Source of the DNA: Acidobacteriota bacterium
GTDB lineage: Bacteria > Acidobacteriota > UBA6911 > RPQK01 > JAJDTT01
Direction: 5' to 3'
NCBI GenBank assembly: GCA_965217775.1
Contig: CBDCJH010000002.1
Location: forward strand, 3,200,001-3,264,000
DNA length: 64,000 nt
In this document: piece after piece, positions 47,305-57,984 of the stretch
Numbering within the stretch: the stretch's first letter is position 1
How the letters are laid out: every line of letters starts with the position of its first letter
The notes under the pieces: model-generated
Database searches by the model: none
The model's input: the letters and a program-made list of their open reading frames with translations, nothing else
What the model was told of the DNA's origin: nothing
Translations under genes and position numbers: made by a program

Positions 47305-48641
47305 CGGAACCGAGAACGACCCGGCAGAGCGGAATCTACAGCCCCGACGTGATCGAGGACATCCAGACCAAGGCGGAGCTGGGACGCTACCGGATACGCG
47401 GTTTCGGAACCTTGCGGACCCGTCCCATGCCCACCCTGGACGACCTGGTGTTCATCCCCTGCACCCTGACCCGGATCCCGCTGGAGGGATACCGGGAGAG
47501 GTGCAGCACCCGCACCGTGCTGGGGACGCGCCACGCCCGCAAGCCCATCGTCCTGGACACCCCGGTCATGGTGACGGGGATGAGCTACGGCGCCCTCTCC
47601 TACAACGCCAAGGTGGCCCTGGCCCAGGGAGCGTCCCGGGTCGGCTCCTCCACCACCACCGGAGACGGGGGCATGCTTCCGGCCGAACGGGAGCACTCCA
47701 AGATCCTGATCTACGAGGTCCTCCCCAGCCGTTACGGCATCGACGTCCATCACATGAAGATGGCCGACGGCATCGAGCTGACCATCGGCCAGGGTGCCAA
47801 GCCGGGCACCGGCGGAATGCTGCTGGGCTCCAAGGTTTCCAGCGAGATCGCCGGCATGCGGGACCTTCCCGACGGAGTCGATCAGCGGAGCCCCTGCCGG
47901 CACCCCGACTTCCTGGGTCCCGACGACATGATCATCAAGATCGAGGAACTGCGGGAGGCCACCGACTGGCAAGTGCCCATCTTCGTCAAGATGGGGGCCA
48001 CGCGGGTCTACGACGACGTCAAGCTGGCGGCCAAGGCGGGGGCCGACGTGGTGGTGGTCGACGGCATGGAGGGAGGGACCGGCGCCTCACCCGACATGCT
48101 CATGGACCACACCGGCATCCCCACGCTGGCGGCGGTCTGCGAGGCCCGCGCCGCCCTGGAGGACCTGGGCCTCTTCGGGGAGGTGCAGTTGATCATGGCG
48201 GGAGGCATCCGCAGCGGCACCGACGTGGCCAAGGCCCTGGCCCTGGGCGCCGACGCCATCTACATGGGGACGGCCTTCCTGATCGCCCTCAACTGCAACA
48301 AGCCCATCTACGTGGAGGACTACCACGAGCTGGGGACCGAGCCCTACTCCTGCCACCACTGCCACACCGGGCTCTGTCCCGTGGGGATCACCACCCAGGA
48401 TCCGGAGCTCGTCGCCCGTTTGCCCATCGACGAAGCGGCCGACCGGGTGGCCAACTTCTTCCAGGCCATGAACTCGGAGATCCAGATGCTGGCCCGGGCC
48501 TGCGGCAAGTCCGACATCCACGATCTGGACCCGGAGGACCTCCGGGCGCTGACCCTGGAGTCCTCCATGATCGCCGGAGTGCCTCTGGTGGGAACCCGCC
48601 GGGTCTTCGGAGGCGGAGCCGGTTGGAAGGAATCCCATTGA
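47301..48641 (+). CDS. mgsC: FMN-binding glutamate synthase domain; N-methylglutamate synthase subunit C (GlxD)
   Basis: GTG start after AGGAGG; GMSYGALS, TTTGDGGM, GQGAKPG, RHPDFLGPDD, CHHCHTGLCPVG. Confidence 0.9.
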   Translation: MTEPRTTRQSGIYSPDVIEDIQTKAELGRYRIRGFGTLRTRPMPTLDDLVFIPCTLTRIPLEGYRERCSTRTVLGTRHARKPIVLDTPVMVTGMSYGALSYNAKVALAQGASRVGSSTTTGDGGMLPAEREHSKILIYEVLPSRYGIDVHHMKMADGIELTIGQGAKPGTGGMLLGSKVSSEIAGMRDLPDGVDQRSPCRHPDFLGPDDMIIKIEELREATDWQVPIFVKMGATRVYDDVKLAAKAGADVVVVDGMEGGTGASPDMLMDHTGIPTLAAVCEARAALEDLGLFGEVQLIMAGGIRSGTDVAKALALGADAIYMGTAFLIALNCNKPIYVEDYHELGTEPYSCHHCHTGLCPVGITTQDPELVARLPIDEAADRVANFFQAMNSEIQMLARACGKSDIHDLDPEDLRALTLESSMIAGVPLVGTRRVFGGGAGWKESH

Positions 48642-48714
48642 GCGGCCACTCCCGCATACGATTCGGCCACACCGTCCCGGAGCCACACCACCATTTCTCT
48701 GCCGGGAGTCTTCC

Positions 48715-49014
48715 GTGTCCTTTCTGATGACCTGTCCCAACTGCGGACCCCGTTCCGCCTACGAGTTCCACTGCGCCGGCGAGTACCAGAAGCGACCCGC
48801 GCAAGGGGCGCCGGAGCGGGATTGGGCCCGCTACCGCTATTTCCGGAAGAACCATCCCGGGGAGCAACTGGAGTGGTGGCTCCACTCCACGGGCTGCCGC
48901 TGCTGGTTCCTGGCCCGGCGCGTCGTCGCCACCAACCAAGTGATCTCCAGTTTCTGGCCCCACGAGCTGGGCGAGTCCGGGACCGGACCCGGCGGAGGTG
49001 GACAGGCGTCATGA
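48715..49014 (+). CDS. soxD: Sarcosine oxidase / NMG dehydrogenase delta subunit
   Basis: CPNCGPR...EF, WLHSTGCRCWF Zn motif. Confidence 0.88.
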   Translation: MSFLMTCPNCGPRSAYEFHCAGEYQKRPAQGAPERDWARYRYFRKNHPGEQLEWWLHSTGCRCWFLARRVVATNQVISSFWPHELGESGTGPGGGGQAS

Positions 49015-51932
49015 AGCGACTGGGTCCGAAACCGGGAGAGATCCTGGACCGCAGCCGGACGCTCTCCTTCCGCTTCGACGGCAAGACCTGCGAAGCTCAT
49101 CCGGGGGACACGGTGGCCTCCGGCCTGCTGGCATCGGGGGTGAGGATCTTTTCCCGCAGCTTCAAGTACCATCGGCCCCGCGGACTGCTCTGCGTCTCGG
49201 GCAACTGTCCCAACTGCCTCATGAACGTCAACGGGACGCCCAACGTGCGCACCTGCATGCAACCCGTCCAGGACGGGGACGAGGTCAAGTCCCAGCACTG
49301 CTGGCCGTCGCCGCGCTGGGACCTGCTCTCCCTGATCGAGCGGCTGGATGCCCTGATGCCGGTGGGCTTCTACTACAAGACCCTGATCCGGCCCCGGCTC
49401 ATGTGGCGGCTGGCGGAACCCATCATCCGGCGCCTCGCCGGGCTGGGCAGCCTCAAGCACTCGACGGGCAAGCCGCCTCATTACGAGCACCAGCACCTCC
49501 ATACCGAAGTCGCCGTCGTGGGAGCAGGAGCCACCGGAATGGCGGCCGCCCTGGCCGCCGCCGAAGCCGGCGCCCAGGTGGTCCTGGTGGAGAGCGAATC
49601 CGACCTGGGTGGCCGACTCAGGTCCCAATCCGGTCCGGTCCTCGATCCGGACACCGGCGCCTCAATTGCCGGTTTCGAGTTGGCCCTTAGCTGGAGCCGG
49701 AAGGTCCTGGACCATCCCGGAATCCAGGTTCTGACCGGGTCGCTGGCCTTCGGCGCCTACGAGGGCCGGCTCCTGAGCATCGCCCGGGGGAACCGGCTCA
49801 TCCATCTCCGGTACGACCAACTGATAGCGGCGACGGGCAATCATGAATATCCCCTGGTGTTCGCTGGAAACGACCTGCCGGGCGTGATGCTCGGTTCCGG
49901 GGTGCGGAAGCTCTTGAACCTGTACCGGATTCGGCCCGGGACACGGGCCGCCGTAGTGGTCTCGGACGACGAAGGTCTGGAGTTGGCGCTGGAGCTCCAC
50001 GACTCGGGCGTCGAGCTCTCGGTGGTGGCGGACCGGCGCTCCGACCCGCCCGGGAGCCGCGCCGCCCGCCGCCTGGATGATCTGGGCGTGGCCCATCTCC
50101 GCTCGTCGTACCCCGTCGCTGCCCAGGGAAGCCGGAGAGTCGAGACGTTGAGAGTGGGCTCCGGCCCGGCTGACGGGGCTTCGAACCGGCAGCGGCTGTC
50201 CACCTACATCTGCGACCTGGTGTGCCTCTGCTCCCCCTGGTCGCCGGCCATCGAGCTCCCAAGGCAGGAAGGGGGCAAGGCCCGCTTCGACACCGTCATC
50301 AACCAGCACGTCTGCGAGTCCCTTCCGGAGCACGTCCAGGCGGCGGGCCACCTGGAGGGCGTCCAGGATCTGGCCTCCCGTCTCCGCCAGGGACGGACCG
50401 CCGGGCTGAGGGCCGCTGCGGCCGTCCGTCCGCTGGAAGGGGAGGCGGCCCGGCGACTGGATCAGCTCGACCGGATGGACCGGCAACGGCGGGAGGAGGC
50501 TCGGTCCGGGAAGGCCCGGGAGGAGATCCCATTCCTCCGCCAGAGCCCGGGAGGCGAAAAGGCCTTCGTCTGCCTCTGCGAGGACGTGACGGACAAGGAC
50601 GTGGCCAACGCGGTCCAAGAAGGGTTCCGCGAGATGGAGCTCCTCAAGCGCTACACCACCGCCACCATGGGCCCTTGTCAGGGCAAGATGTGCCAGATGC
50701 TGTTGGCCGGCGCCTGTGCCCGGGAGACCGGCCGCACGCTGCACGAGACCGGCCGAACCACGTCCCGGCCACCGGTGGCTCCCGTTTCCCTCGGGGTCCT
50801 GGCGGGTCCCCACCACCACCCGGTCAAGTTGACGCCGCTTCACGAGCGGCACCAGGCCGCCGGCGCCAAACAGATGGCCATGGGGGAGTGGATGCGTCCC
50901 TTCAGCTACGGGAAACCGGAGGAGGAATGGAGGGCGGTCCGGGAGCGGGTGGGAGTCATCGACGTGAGCACCCTGGGGAAACTGGAGGTCCAGGGCCGCG
51001 ACGCCGGCAAGCTGTTGGACCTGGTCTACACCCACCACTTCTCCAACCTGAAGCCGGGTCGAATCCGCTACGGCGTCCTCTGCGGTGAGGACGGCATCAT
51101 CCTGGACGACGGCACCGTCAGCCGCTTGGCCGAGGACCACTTCTACATCACCACCACCACCGGCAACATCTCCTTCGTGGAGCAGTGGCTGGACTGGTGG
51201 GCCGTGGTGTCCCGTTTCTGCGCCCACGTCACCGAAATCACCGCAAACTTCGCGGCCGTGAACCTGGCCGGCCCCAAGGCCCGGCAAGTCCTTTCACGGC
51301 TGACCGACCTGGATCTCTCCAACGAGTCGTTCCGCTACATGCGCTGCCGCACGGCGACGGTGGCCGGGGTTCCCGCGCGGCTGCTCCGGATCGGGTTCGT
51401 GGGGGAGACGGGCTGGGAGATTCACGTCCCCGCCTCCTGCGGCGTCTACCTGTGGGACACGCTGCTGGAAGCGGGAGCCGATCAAGGGATCGCTCCCTTC
51501 GGCGTCGAGGCTCAGCGGATCCTGCGGCTGGAGAAGAAGCATTTCATCGTGGGGCAGGATACGGACGCCCTGAGCAATCCCATCGAGTCGAGCATGGGCT
51601 GGGTGTTGAAAATGGAGAAGCCGGACTTCATCGGCCGGCAGGCGCTCCAGAAGGCCCGGGAGGAGGGCGCTCACAACCGGCTGGTCGGTTTCGTGACTTC
51701 CCGGCGGGTTCAGGAGGGGACCGCCGTGGTCCGGGACCAGCAGCCGGTGGGGCGCGTCACCAGCGCCCGCTGGATCCCTCATCAGAACCGCTGCATCGGA
51801 CTGGCGTGGGTCCCGGAAGAAGATTCCGCCGACGGCTCGCCGATCCGGATCAGTCACGAGGGGTCGTTGCTTCCGGGACGGGTGCACGCCGCGCCGTTCT
51901 ACGATCCGAAAGGCTCGCGGTTGAGAGGTTGA
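49011..51932 (+). CDS. soxA: Sarcosine oxidase / NMG dehydrogenase alpha subunit
   Basis: RSFKYHRPRG, NDLPGVML, CLCEDVT, KRYTT..MGPCQG, GcvT-like DVSTLGK, GETGWEI. Confidence 0.92.
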   Translation: MKRLGPKPGEILDRSRTLSFRFDGKTCEAHPGDTVASGLLASGVRIFSRSFKYHRPRGLLCVSGNCPNCLMNVNGTPNVRTCMQPVQDGDEVKSQHCWPSPRWDLLSLIERLDALMPVGFYYKTLIRPRLMWRLAEPIIRRLAGLGSLKHSTGKPPHYEHQHLHTEVAVVGAGATGMAAALAAAEAGAQVVLVESESDLGGRLRSQSGPVLDPDTGASIAGFELALSWSRKVLDHPGIQVLTGSLAFGAYEGRLLSIARGNRLIHLRYDQLIAATGNHEYPLVFAGNDLPGVMLGSGVRKLLNLYRIRPGTRAAVVVSDDEGLELALELHDSGVELSVVADRRSDPPGSRAARRLDDLGVAHLRSSYPVAAQGSRRVETLRVGSGPADGASNRQRLSTYICDLVCLCSPWSPAIELPRQEGGKARFDTVINQHVCESLPEHVQAAGHLEGVQDLASRLRQGRTAGLRAAAAVRPLEGEAARRLDQLDRMDRQRREEARSGKAREEIPFLRQSPGGEKAFVCLCEDVTDKDVANAVQEGFREMELLKRYTTATMGPCQGKMCQMLLAGACARETGRTLHETGRTTSRPPVAPVSLGVLAGPHHHPVKLTPLHERHQAAGAKQMAMGEWMRPFSYGKPEEEWRAVRERVGVIDVSTLGKLEVQGRDAGKLLDLVYTHHFSNLKPGRIRYGVLCGEDGIILDDGTVSRLAEDHFYITTTTGNISFVEQWLDWWAVVSRFCAHVTEITANFAAVNLAGPKARQVLSRLTDLDLSNESFRYMRCRTATVAGVPARLLRIGFVGETGWEIHVPASCGVYLWDTLLEAGADQGIAPFGVEAQRILRLEKKHFIVGQDTDALSNPIESSMGWVLKMEKPDFIGRQALQKAREEGAHNRLVGFVTSRRVQEGTAVVRDQQPVGRVTSARWIPHQNRCIGLAWVPEEDSADGSPIRISHEGSLLPGRVHAAPFYDPKGSRLRG

Positions 51933-51934
51933 CC

Positions 51935-52615
51935 ATGCCGGACGTTTGGACTCCGCTCCGCCGATCCCCCTTGCATGCCCGGCTCCAGGCGGCCGGAGCC
52001 GTTTTCGAAACCGAGTCGGGTTGGCCCCTGGCCCGGAATTTCGGGGACCCGGAAGCGGAGTTTCAGGCCGGCAGCACGGGTGTCGCCCTCTCGGACCTGA
52101 GCTGGAGCGGGAAGTGGCAGGCCAAGGGCCGGCATCTGGACCAGGATCTCGGACCCAGCGTTTCCGGGGAAGTCCCGGCGCCCGGCCGCGTGGCCGGCAC
52201 CCGAACCGGTTGCCTCTGCCGGCTCACCCCAGGCGAGGCTCTGTTCCTCTTCCAACCCACGGCGCCGGAACACCTCTCGGAATCTCAGGACGGCGACGGG
52301 TGCCTTCACTTGCTGGATCGAACCGACGGACTCGCCCTGATGGTGCTGTGGGGGCCCGAATCCCGGCGGGTTCTGGCCAAGCTCACCACCCTCGACCTGA
52401 GAGAGGCGTCCCGTCCCCACGGGACCTGCGCCGCGGCGCCCATGGCGGGTGTCCGGGTTCTGCTGGTCCGTTGGGACCGGGGCCGAGTTCCCGCCTACCA
52501 GATCGTGGTGGGCGCCGAGTACGGCGCCTATCTGTGGGACATGCTCCTGGACGCGGGGCGGGAGTACGGCCTCCGGCTCTGCGGTCTGGACGCCTGGGAA
52601 CGATTGGAGGAATAG
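51935..52615 (+). CDS. soxG: Sarcosine oxidase / NMG dehydrogenase gamma subunit (GcvT-like)
   Basis: 'RRSPLH', 'GPESRRVLAKLTTLDL', 'YLWDMLLDAGREYG'. Confidence 0.8.
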   Translation: MPDVWTPLRRSPLHARLQAAGAVFETESGWPLARNFGDPEAEFQAGSTGVALSDLSWSGKWQAKGRHLDQDLGPSVSGEVPAPGRVAGTRTGCLCRLTPGEALFLFQPTAPEHLSESQDGDGCLHLLDRTDGLALMVLWGPESRRVLAKLTTLDLREASRPHGTCAAAPMAGVRVLLVRWDRGRVPAYQIVVGAEYGAYLWDMLLDAGREYGLRLCGLDAWERLEE

Positions 52616-52618
52616 CGA

Positions 52619-53830
52619 GTGTCACGACTGTTTCGTTTCGATCCCATGTGGGAGAGCCACCCCCTGCGGGACCGCTACGACGTGGTGGTGATCGGCGCCG
52701 GCGTCCACGGACTGGCCACCGCCTACTACCTGGCCCGCCGGGGGATCACCGATGTCGCCATCCTGGAGAAGGGCTACCTGGGATCGGGAAACAGCGGGCG
52801 CAACACGGCCATCCTCAGGGCCAACTACCGGACCCCGGAAGCCATTCCCTTCTACGCCGAGAGCCTGGCCCTCTACGAGGAACTCTCCGACGACCTGGAC
52901 TACAACCTGCTGTTCTCCCAGCAGGGCCACCTGACCCTGGCCCACACGGAAGCCGCCATAAACGGCCTCTGGGTGCGGGCCGAGGCCAACCGCATCATGG
53001 GGGTCAAGAGCCGAATCATCGGTCCGGATGAGATCCGGCGCATGGTCCCGGCCCTTGACACCTCTACCGCCCCCCGGTATCCGATCATGGCTGCCCTCTA
53101 CCACGCTCCGGGCGGGATCATCCGCCACGACGCCGTCGTCTGGGGGTACGCCCACCAGGCCAGCCAACTGGGCGTCGAGGTCCATCCCCATACCGAGGTC
53201 CTGGACCTGGGCCTCCAGGAAGGTAGCATCGCCACCGTCCACACCAACCGGGGAACGATCAAAACCGGCGCCGTGGTCAACGCCACCTCCGGCTGGTGCT
53301 CCCTGATCGCGGCCATGGCCGGCGTGGAACTTCCCGTGGTCAGCCATCCGCTTCAGGCCTGTGTGACCGAACCCATGGAACCCATCCTGGACAAGGTCAT
53401 CGTTTCGGCCAACCTCCATGTCTACGTGAACCAGACCCCCCGGGGAGAGTTCGTGATCGGGGCCGAGATCGACCCTTATCCCTCCTATCACCTGGGTTCC
53501 ACCCTGCCGACGCTCAAGTCGATGGCGTTCCACACCCTTGAATTGTTTCCGGACCTGCACCAGGTCAAGGTCCTGCGCCAATGGGGCGGGATCTGCGACA
53601 TGACGCCCGACTACAGTCCCATCATCGACGAACATCCGGAAGTCGGGGGGTTCTACATGGACGTGGGATGGGGAACGTACGGGTTCAAGGCCGGTCCGGC
53701 GGGCGGCAAATGCCTGGCGGAGCTGATCGCCACGGGAAGGACGCCCGATCTGATCCAGCCCTTCCGCCTGAGCCGGTTCCACGAGAATAGGCTGGTGGGA
53801 GAGAAGGCCTCGGCCGCCGTCTCACACTAG
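52619..53830 (+). CDS. soxB: Sarcosine oxidase / NMG dehydrogenase beta subunit (FAD)
   Basis: GAGVHGLATAYYLA, GNSGRNTAILRANY, RHDAVVWGY, GWGTYGFKA. Confidence 0.92.
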   Translation: MSRLFRFDPMWESHPLRDRYDVVVIGAGVHGLATAYYLARRGITDVAILEKGYLGSGNSGRNTAILRANYRTPEAIPFYAESLALYEELSDDLDYNLLFSQQGHLTLAHTEAAINGLWVRAEANRIMGVKSRIIGPDEIRRMVPALDTSTAPRYPIMAALYHAPGGIIRHDAVVWGYAHQASQLGVEVHPHTEVLDLGLQEGSIATVHTNRGTIKTGAVVNATSGWCSLIAAMAGVELPVVSHPLQACVTEPMEPILDKVIVSANLHVYVNQTPRGEFVIGAEIDPYPSYHLGSTLPTLKSMAFHTLELFPDLHQVKVLRQWGGICDMTPDYSPIIDEHPEVGGFYMDVGWGTYGFKAGPAGGKCLAELIATGRTPDLIQPFRLSRFHENRLVGEKASAAVSH

Positions 53831-53995
53831 TTGTCGCCGTCGGCACAGCTCGACCGGCAGTGCTGGAGGGCTTGAAACCGGAGCCCCAGCGCGCGTACTC
53901 TCCGCACTACGCTGGGGGCTTCGACGAACTCGCAGAGACCCGGACACCCCGGCACGATTGAGGTCCGAAACACAACTGAATTCAGGGGAGAAGTC

Positions 53996-55333
53996 ATGAG
54001 CGGACTGGACGAGACTCGAAGACTGGTGGACGAGGGCGAACTCGAATTCTTTCTCTGTTCCTTCGTGGAGATGGGGGGCATGCCCAAGGCCAAGCTGGTC
54101 CCGGCCAAGTGCATCGAAGACATGGCCGTCGGCAGCGCCGGATTCGCCGGGTTCGCGGCCGGCAACATGGGCCAGGGTCCGCACGACACCGACATGATCG
54201 CCATCCCCGACTTCTCCAGCGTGACCCGGATTCCCTGGCGCCCCAACCTGGCCTGGGTCGCTTCCAACATCGAAGTGGACGAGAAACCGTGGCCCTACTG
54301 TCCCAGAACCATCCTGCAGGACAACCTGGAGCGGGCGCGCCAAAAGGGATACGTCCTCAAGATGGGAGTCGAGCCCGAGTTCATGCTGCTCCGGAGGGGT
54401 GAGGATGGCGGCTACGCCCCCTTCGATCCCCTGGACCGCTTGGACAAGCCCTGTTACGACCTGACGGCGCTCAACCGGAGCCTGGACCTGATGACGACCC
54501 TGGTCCGGTACCTGGACCAGTTGGGCTGGGGCCCCTACGCCAACGACCACGAGGACGCCAACTGCCAGTTCGAAATCAACTGGACCTACTCCACGGCCCT
54601 CCGCACCGCCGACCGCCATACCTTCTATCGCTGGATGGTCAAGGCTCTGGCCGAGGAACGGGGGTTGACGGCCACCTTCATGCCCAAGCCCTTCTCCCAT
54701 CTGACCGGCAACGGCGCCCATTTTCACATCAGCCTGTGGGATGCCGAGACCGACGAGAACCTGTTTCTGGACGAATCCGACGAGAACGGGCTCTCCCAGC
54801 TCGCCTACCACTTCATCGGGGGAATCAAGAAGCACGCCCGGGCCATGACGGCGGTGACCGCCCCCACGGTCAACTCCTACAAGCGGCTGATCCGGGGCGC
54901 TCCGCGCTCGGGAGCGACCTGGGCTCCCGTGTTCGTCACCTACGGGGCCAGCAACCGGACGCAGATGATCCGGATCCCGGGTCCGGGACGAATCGAAAAC
55001 CGGACCGTGGACGGTGCCGTGAACCCCTACCTGGCCGCGTCCGCCACGCTGGCCGCCGGCCTGGACGGGATCGAGAACCAGCTACCGGCCGGCACCCGAA
55101 ACGATCGCAACCTGTATGAGGTCCCCCGGGAACAGTTGAGGGCCGAAGGGATCGACCTGTTGCCCGAAAACCTGTCGGATGCCATCGACGCCCTGGAACA
55201 GGATCCGGTGGTCCTTGGGGCCCTGGGGTCTCCCTACGGCGAATACTACGTCCAGATGAAGCGGGAGGAGTGGAAGGCCTACCACGACTCGGTCTCGCAG
55301 TGGGAGGTCGACCGATACCTGGGGCAGTTCTGA
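53996..55333 (+). CDS. gmaS: Gamma-glutamylmethylamide synthetase (GlnT-like)
   Basis: KAKLVPA, GAGFAGFA-like motif, KPCYD, NDHEDANCQFE, FMPKPF, NSYKRL, SGATWAP; located in the mgs/sox operon. Confidence 0.88.
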   Translation: MSGLDETRRLVDEGELEFFLCSFVEMGGMPKAKLVPAKCIEDMAVGSAGFAGFAAGNMGQGPHDTDMIAIPDFSSVTRIPWRPNLAWVASNIEVDEKPWPYCPRTILQDNLERARQKGYVLKMGVEPEFMLLRRGEDGGYAPFDPLDRLDKPCYDLTALNRSLDLMTTLVRYLDQLGWGPYANDHEDANCQFEINWTYSTALRTADRHTFYRWMVKALAEERGLTATFMPKPFSHLTGNGAHFHISLWDAETDENLFLDESDENGLSQLAYHFIGGIKKHARAMTAVTAPTVNSYKRLIRGAPRSGATWAPVFVTYGASNRTQMIRIPGPGRIENRTVDGAVNPYLAASATLAAGLDGIENQLPAGTRNDRNLYEVPREQLRAEGIDLLPENLSDAIDALEQDPVVLGALGSPYGEYYVQMKREEWKAYHDSVSQWEVDRYLGQF

Positions 55334-55418
55334 ACCTCGTCTCCCGCTCAGGGCCTTCGAAATCTCAATTCAGGATTAACTTGGCGGCGCCCGGCCGTCT
55401 ACGGAACCAGAAATTCTC

Positions 55419-56303
55419 ATGCAGGGTCTGACGCTGTCGCTGTTGGCCTGCCTGTGCGTCTCGGTCAACTACATCACCGGGAAGTTCGGCGTCACCGGCT
55501 TCGGTCCGGACAGCTTCAGCCTGGTCTGGATCACGGCGGCCACCGTCTACACGCTGGCGGCCGTCCTGGCGACGGGGCGCGCCAGCCAGTTGCGGCTCCC
55601 TCGAGCGGTCCGGGGGCGGATTCTGGCCATGGGCATTCTCACCGGGCTGCAGATGCTCCTGTTCTGGTGGAGCCTGGACCTGCTCGACGCCCCGTTCGCA
55701 GCGTTCCTCGGGCGCTTCGAACCGGCCCTGACCATCCTGCTGGCCGGCCTCCTGTTGGGCGAGCGGCTCCGGTTCCGCGAGGGACTGGCCATAGGCGTCA
55801 TGATCGTGGGCGGGTGTTTCAGCACTGCCGGCGTTTGGCAGGAGGTGGGATTGGGCGTCCTGCTGGTGATGCTGGCCTGTTTGACCATGTCATTGCAGTT
55901 CGTCCTGGGCAAGAACCTGGCGGGAACGGTCCATCCCGGCATCATGGTCTTCTACCGTGCGGCCTGCGCGTCGGCGATGATGTTCCTGTGGGTCGCGGGA
56001 CCGGGAGAAGCCCGCTTCGACGTCGCTCCCTTCTACTGGGTGATGACCCTGGCCGGGGCGTTTCTGGGTCCCTTCGTCGGATACACGCTGCTGTTTCACT
56101 CCTACCGCTTCTGGGACCTGACCCGCACGTCCATGGCCATGACCCTTCAGCCCCTCTTCGTACTCCCCCTGGGGCTGATTTTTCTTCCGGAGCAGGGACT
56201 GTCCCCGCAGCAACTGCTGGGAGGGCTCCTGATTCTGGCCGGGGCGCTCTGGCTGATCGCGATTCACCGGGGCCACAGGAGTCCGGCCGCCGAGTCCCGG
56301 TGA
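55419..56303 (+). CDS. EamA/DMT family transporter
   Basis: About 10 TM in two repeats; 'LLLGERL', 'QLLGGLLILAG'. Confidence 0.85.
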   Translation: MQGLTLSLLACLCVSVNYITGKFGVTGFGPDSFSLVWITAATVYTLAAVLATGRASQLRLPRAVRGRILAMGILTGLQMLLFWWSLDLLDAPFAAFLGRFEPALTILLAGLLLGERLRFREGLAIGVMIVGGCFSTAGVWQEVGLGVLLVMLACLTMSLQFVLGKNLAGTVHPGIMVFYRAACASAMMFLWVAGPGEARFDVAPFYWVMTLAGAFLGPFVGYTLLFHSYRFWDLTRTSMAMTLQPLFVLPLGLIFLPEQGLSPQQLLGGLLILAGALWLIAIHRGHRSPAAESR

Positions 56304-56379
56304 CGGTCCCGGAAGATTGACTCTCTCAGGTCCTTTGGATAGTTTCGACTCAACTGGAAAACTGGAAAGGAGCCATGTC

Positions 56380-57984
56380 ATGACCTCAAACAGTGCGGCG
56401 TTCCCGACGATTCGAGCCTACGGAATTGCCCTTTTTCTCTGCTTGCTCGCAGGGCCTCAGCTGCAGGCCGCTCCGCCCGGAGACAGTGCCGGCCTCACCC
56501 ATATCGGTAGTAACAAGCAGTTGTTCATCGACGACTACATCATCCACCGGATGGACCACGTCAAGCGGGTCCTGAACCCGGCGGTCAAGGCGCCCAACAA
56601 TCCCATCATCGAAGCCGACCGGCCCTGGGAGAGCAACTACCTGCGGTGCAACCAGGTGGTCTACGACCCCAAGGACGGGCTGTTCAAGATGTGGTACACC
56701 TCCTACCGGGAATTCCGGGGCACCAAGGACGCGGGAGACGGCTACCGGACCGAATGGAGCCGGGACGGAGACGGCTACGCGAGGGAAAGAGTTCCGGACC
56801 CCTACCACTATTTCAACGATCCCAACGGCTCCCACCAGGCCTTTTGCTTCGCCACCTCCAAGGACGGATTCAACTGGGAGAAACCCAACCTGGGCCAGGT
56901 GGAGTTCCAGGGCTCCCGGGACAACAACATCCTGCCTCCGGGAACCCGCTTTCCCAACATGCTGGATCCCAACGAGAAAGACCCCTCCCGCCGCTACAAG
57001 TCCGCGGCCGACGACTACAAGTACCACGGTTACCATTTCGGACGGATCAACCTCTACCACTCACCCGACGGGATCGAGTGGACCACGGCGCCCGAGAACC
57101 GGGAGATGGACATCTCCGACAAGCAGGGCCGCTGGGGACCCAACAGCTTCATGGGCTGGGATCCCATCAAGGGGGTCTACGTGACCCACATCGAGAGCTG
57201 TCTGCACCGGCGCTGCCCCCTGGGAAAACGGATCACGGGACGGTCCGAGAGCCCGGACTTCATCCGCTGGTCGGAGGTGGAGACCATCATGATCCCCGAT
57301 GACCGGGATGCGCCGGACGTCGAGTTCTACGCCTTCCCGGCCTTTACCTATGAGGGCGTCTACATCGGCGTCCCCTGGATCTTCCAGACCACCGAGGGGC
57401 TTCACTATCCCCAACTGGCGTTCAGCCGCGACGGCATCACCTACGAGCGCCCCTTCCGAGAAGCCTTCGTCAAGCTCGGCGACACGGGCGATTTCGACGA
57501 GACCACCCTCTACCTGAGAAACCCGTTTTTCCAGAATGGGCGGATCTGGTTCTACTATTCGGGTGGCAACTGGAGAGGTCCCGAGCCGCTGTACGAACGG
57601 GGCGACACGCAACTTTTCGCCATCGGTCTGGCCACCCTTCCCGAGGACGGCTTCGTCTCCCTGATCGCCGGCAAGCTCGATCCCGGCAAGGTGTTGACGC
57701 GGGTCATCACCTTTACCGGGAACAGCCTCTACGTGAGCATGCAGGCCGCCAAGCATACCTGGGGATCGGGGCCGGCCCAGGTCAAGGTGGAGATCCTGAA
57801 CTCGGCTCACACTCCCGTCTCGGGATTCACACTCCAGGATGCCGACAACCTGGATTCCACGGGTAAGCACCTGGTGACCTGGGGCGGCAATAGCGACGTG
57901 GGACACTTGGCAGGGAAACCGGTGCAGCTTCGATTCACCGTGCGCAACGCCAAGCTCAACGCCTTCCAGTTCCTGGAGAAGTGA
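56380..57984 (+). CDS. Secreted glycoside-hydrolase-like beta-propeller protein
   Basis: Signal peptide; 'KQLFIDD', SKDGFNWEKP, SPDGIEW, SRDGI; C-terminal 'LAGKPVQLRF'. Confidence 0.75.
   Translation: MTSNSAAFPTIRAYGIALFLCLLAGPQLQAAPPGDSAGLTHIGSNKQLFIDDYIIHRMDHVKRVLNPAVKAPNNPIIEADRPWESNYLRCNQVVYDPKDGLFKMWYTSYREFRGTKDAGDGYRTEWSRDGDGYARERVPDPYHYFNDPNGSHQAFCFATSKDGFNWEKPNLGQVEFQGSRDNNILPPGTRFPNMLDPNEKDPSRRYKSAADDYKYHGYHFGRINLYHSPDGIEWTTAPENREMDISDKQGRWGPNSFMGWDPIKGVYVTHIESCLHRRCPLGKRITGRSESPDFIRWSEVETIMIPDDRDAPDVEFYAFPAFTYEGVYIGVPWIFQTTEGLHYPQLAFSRDGITYERPFREAFVKLGDTGDFDETTLYLRNPFFQNGRIWFYYSGGNWRGPEPLYERGDTQLFAIGLATLPEDGFVSLIAGKLDPGKVLTRVITFTGNSLYVSMQAAKHTWGSGPAQVKVEILNSAHTPVSGFTLQDADNLDSTGKHLVTWGGNSDVGHLAGKPVQLRFTVRNAKLNAFQFLEK

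Noticed and set aside
53880-53923. Hairpin upstream of gmaS as a riboswitch
   Set aside because: A single imperfect stem (GAGCCCCAGCG/CGCTGGGGGCTT) with no recognisable aptamer consensus.
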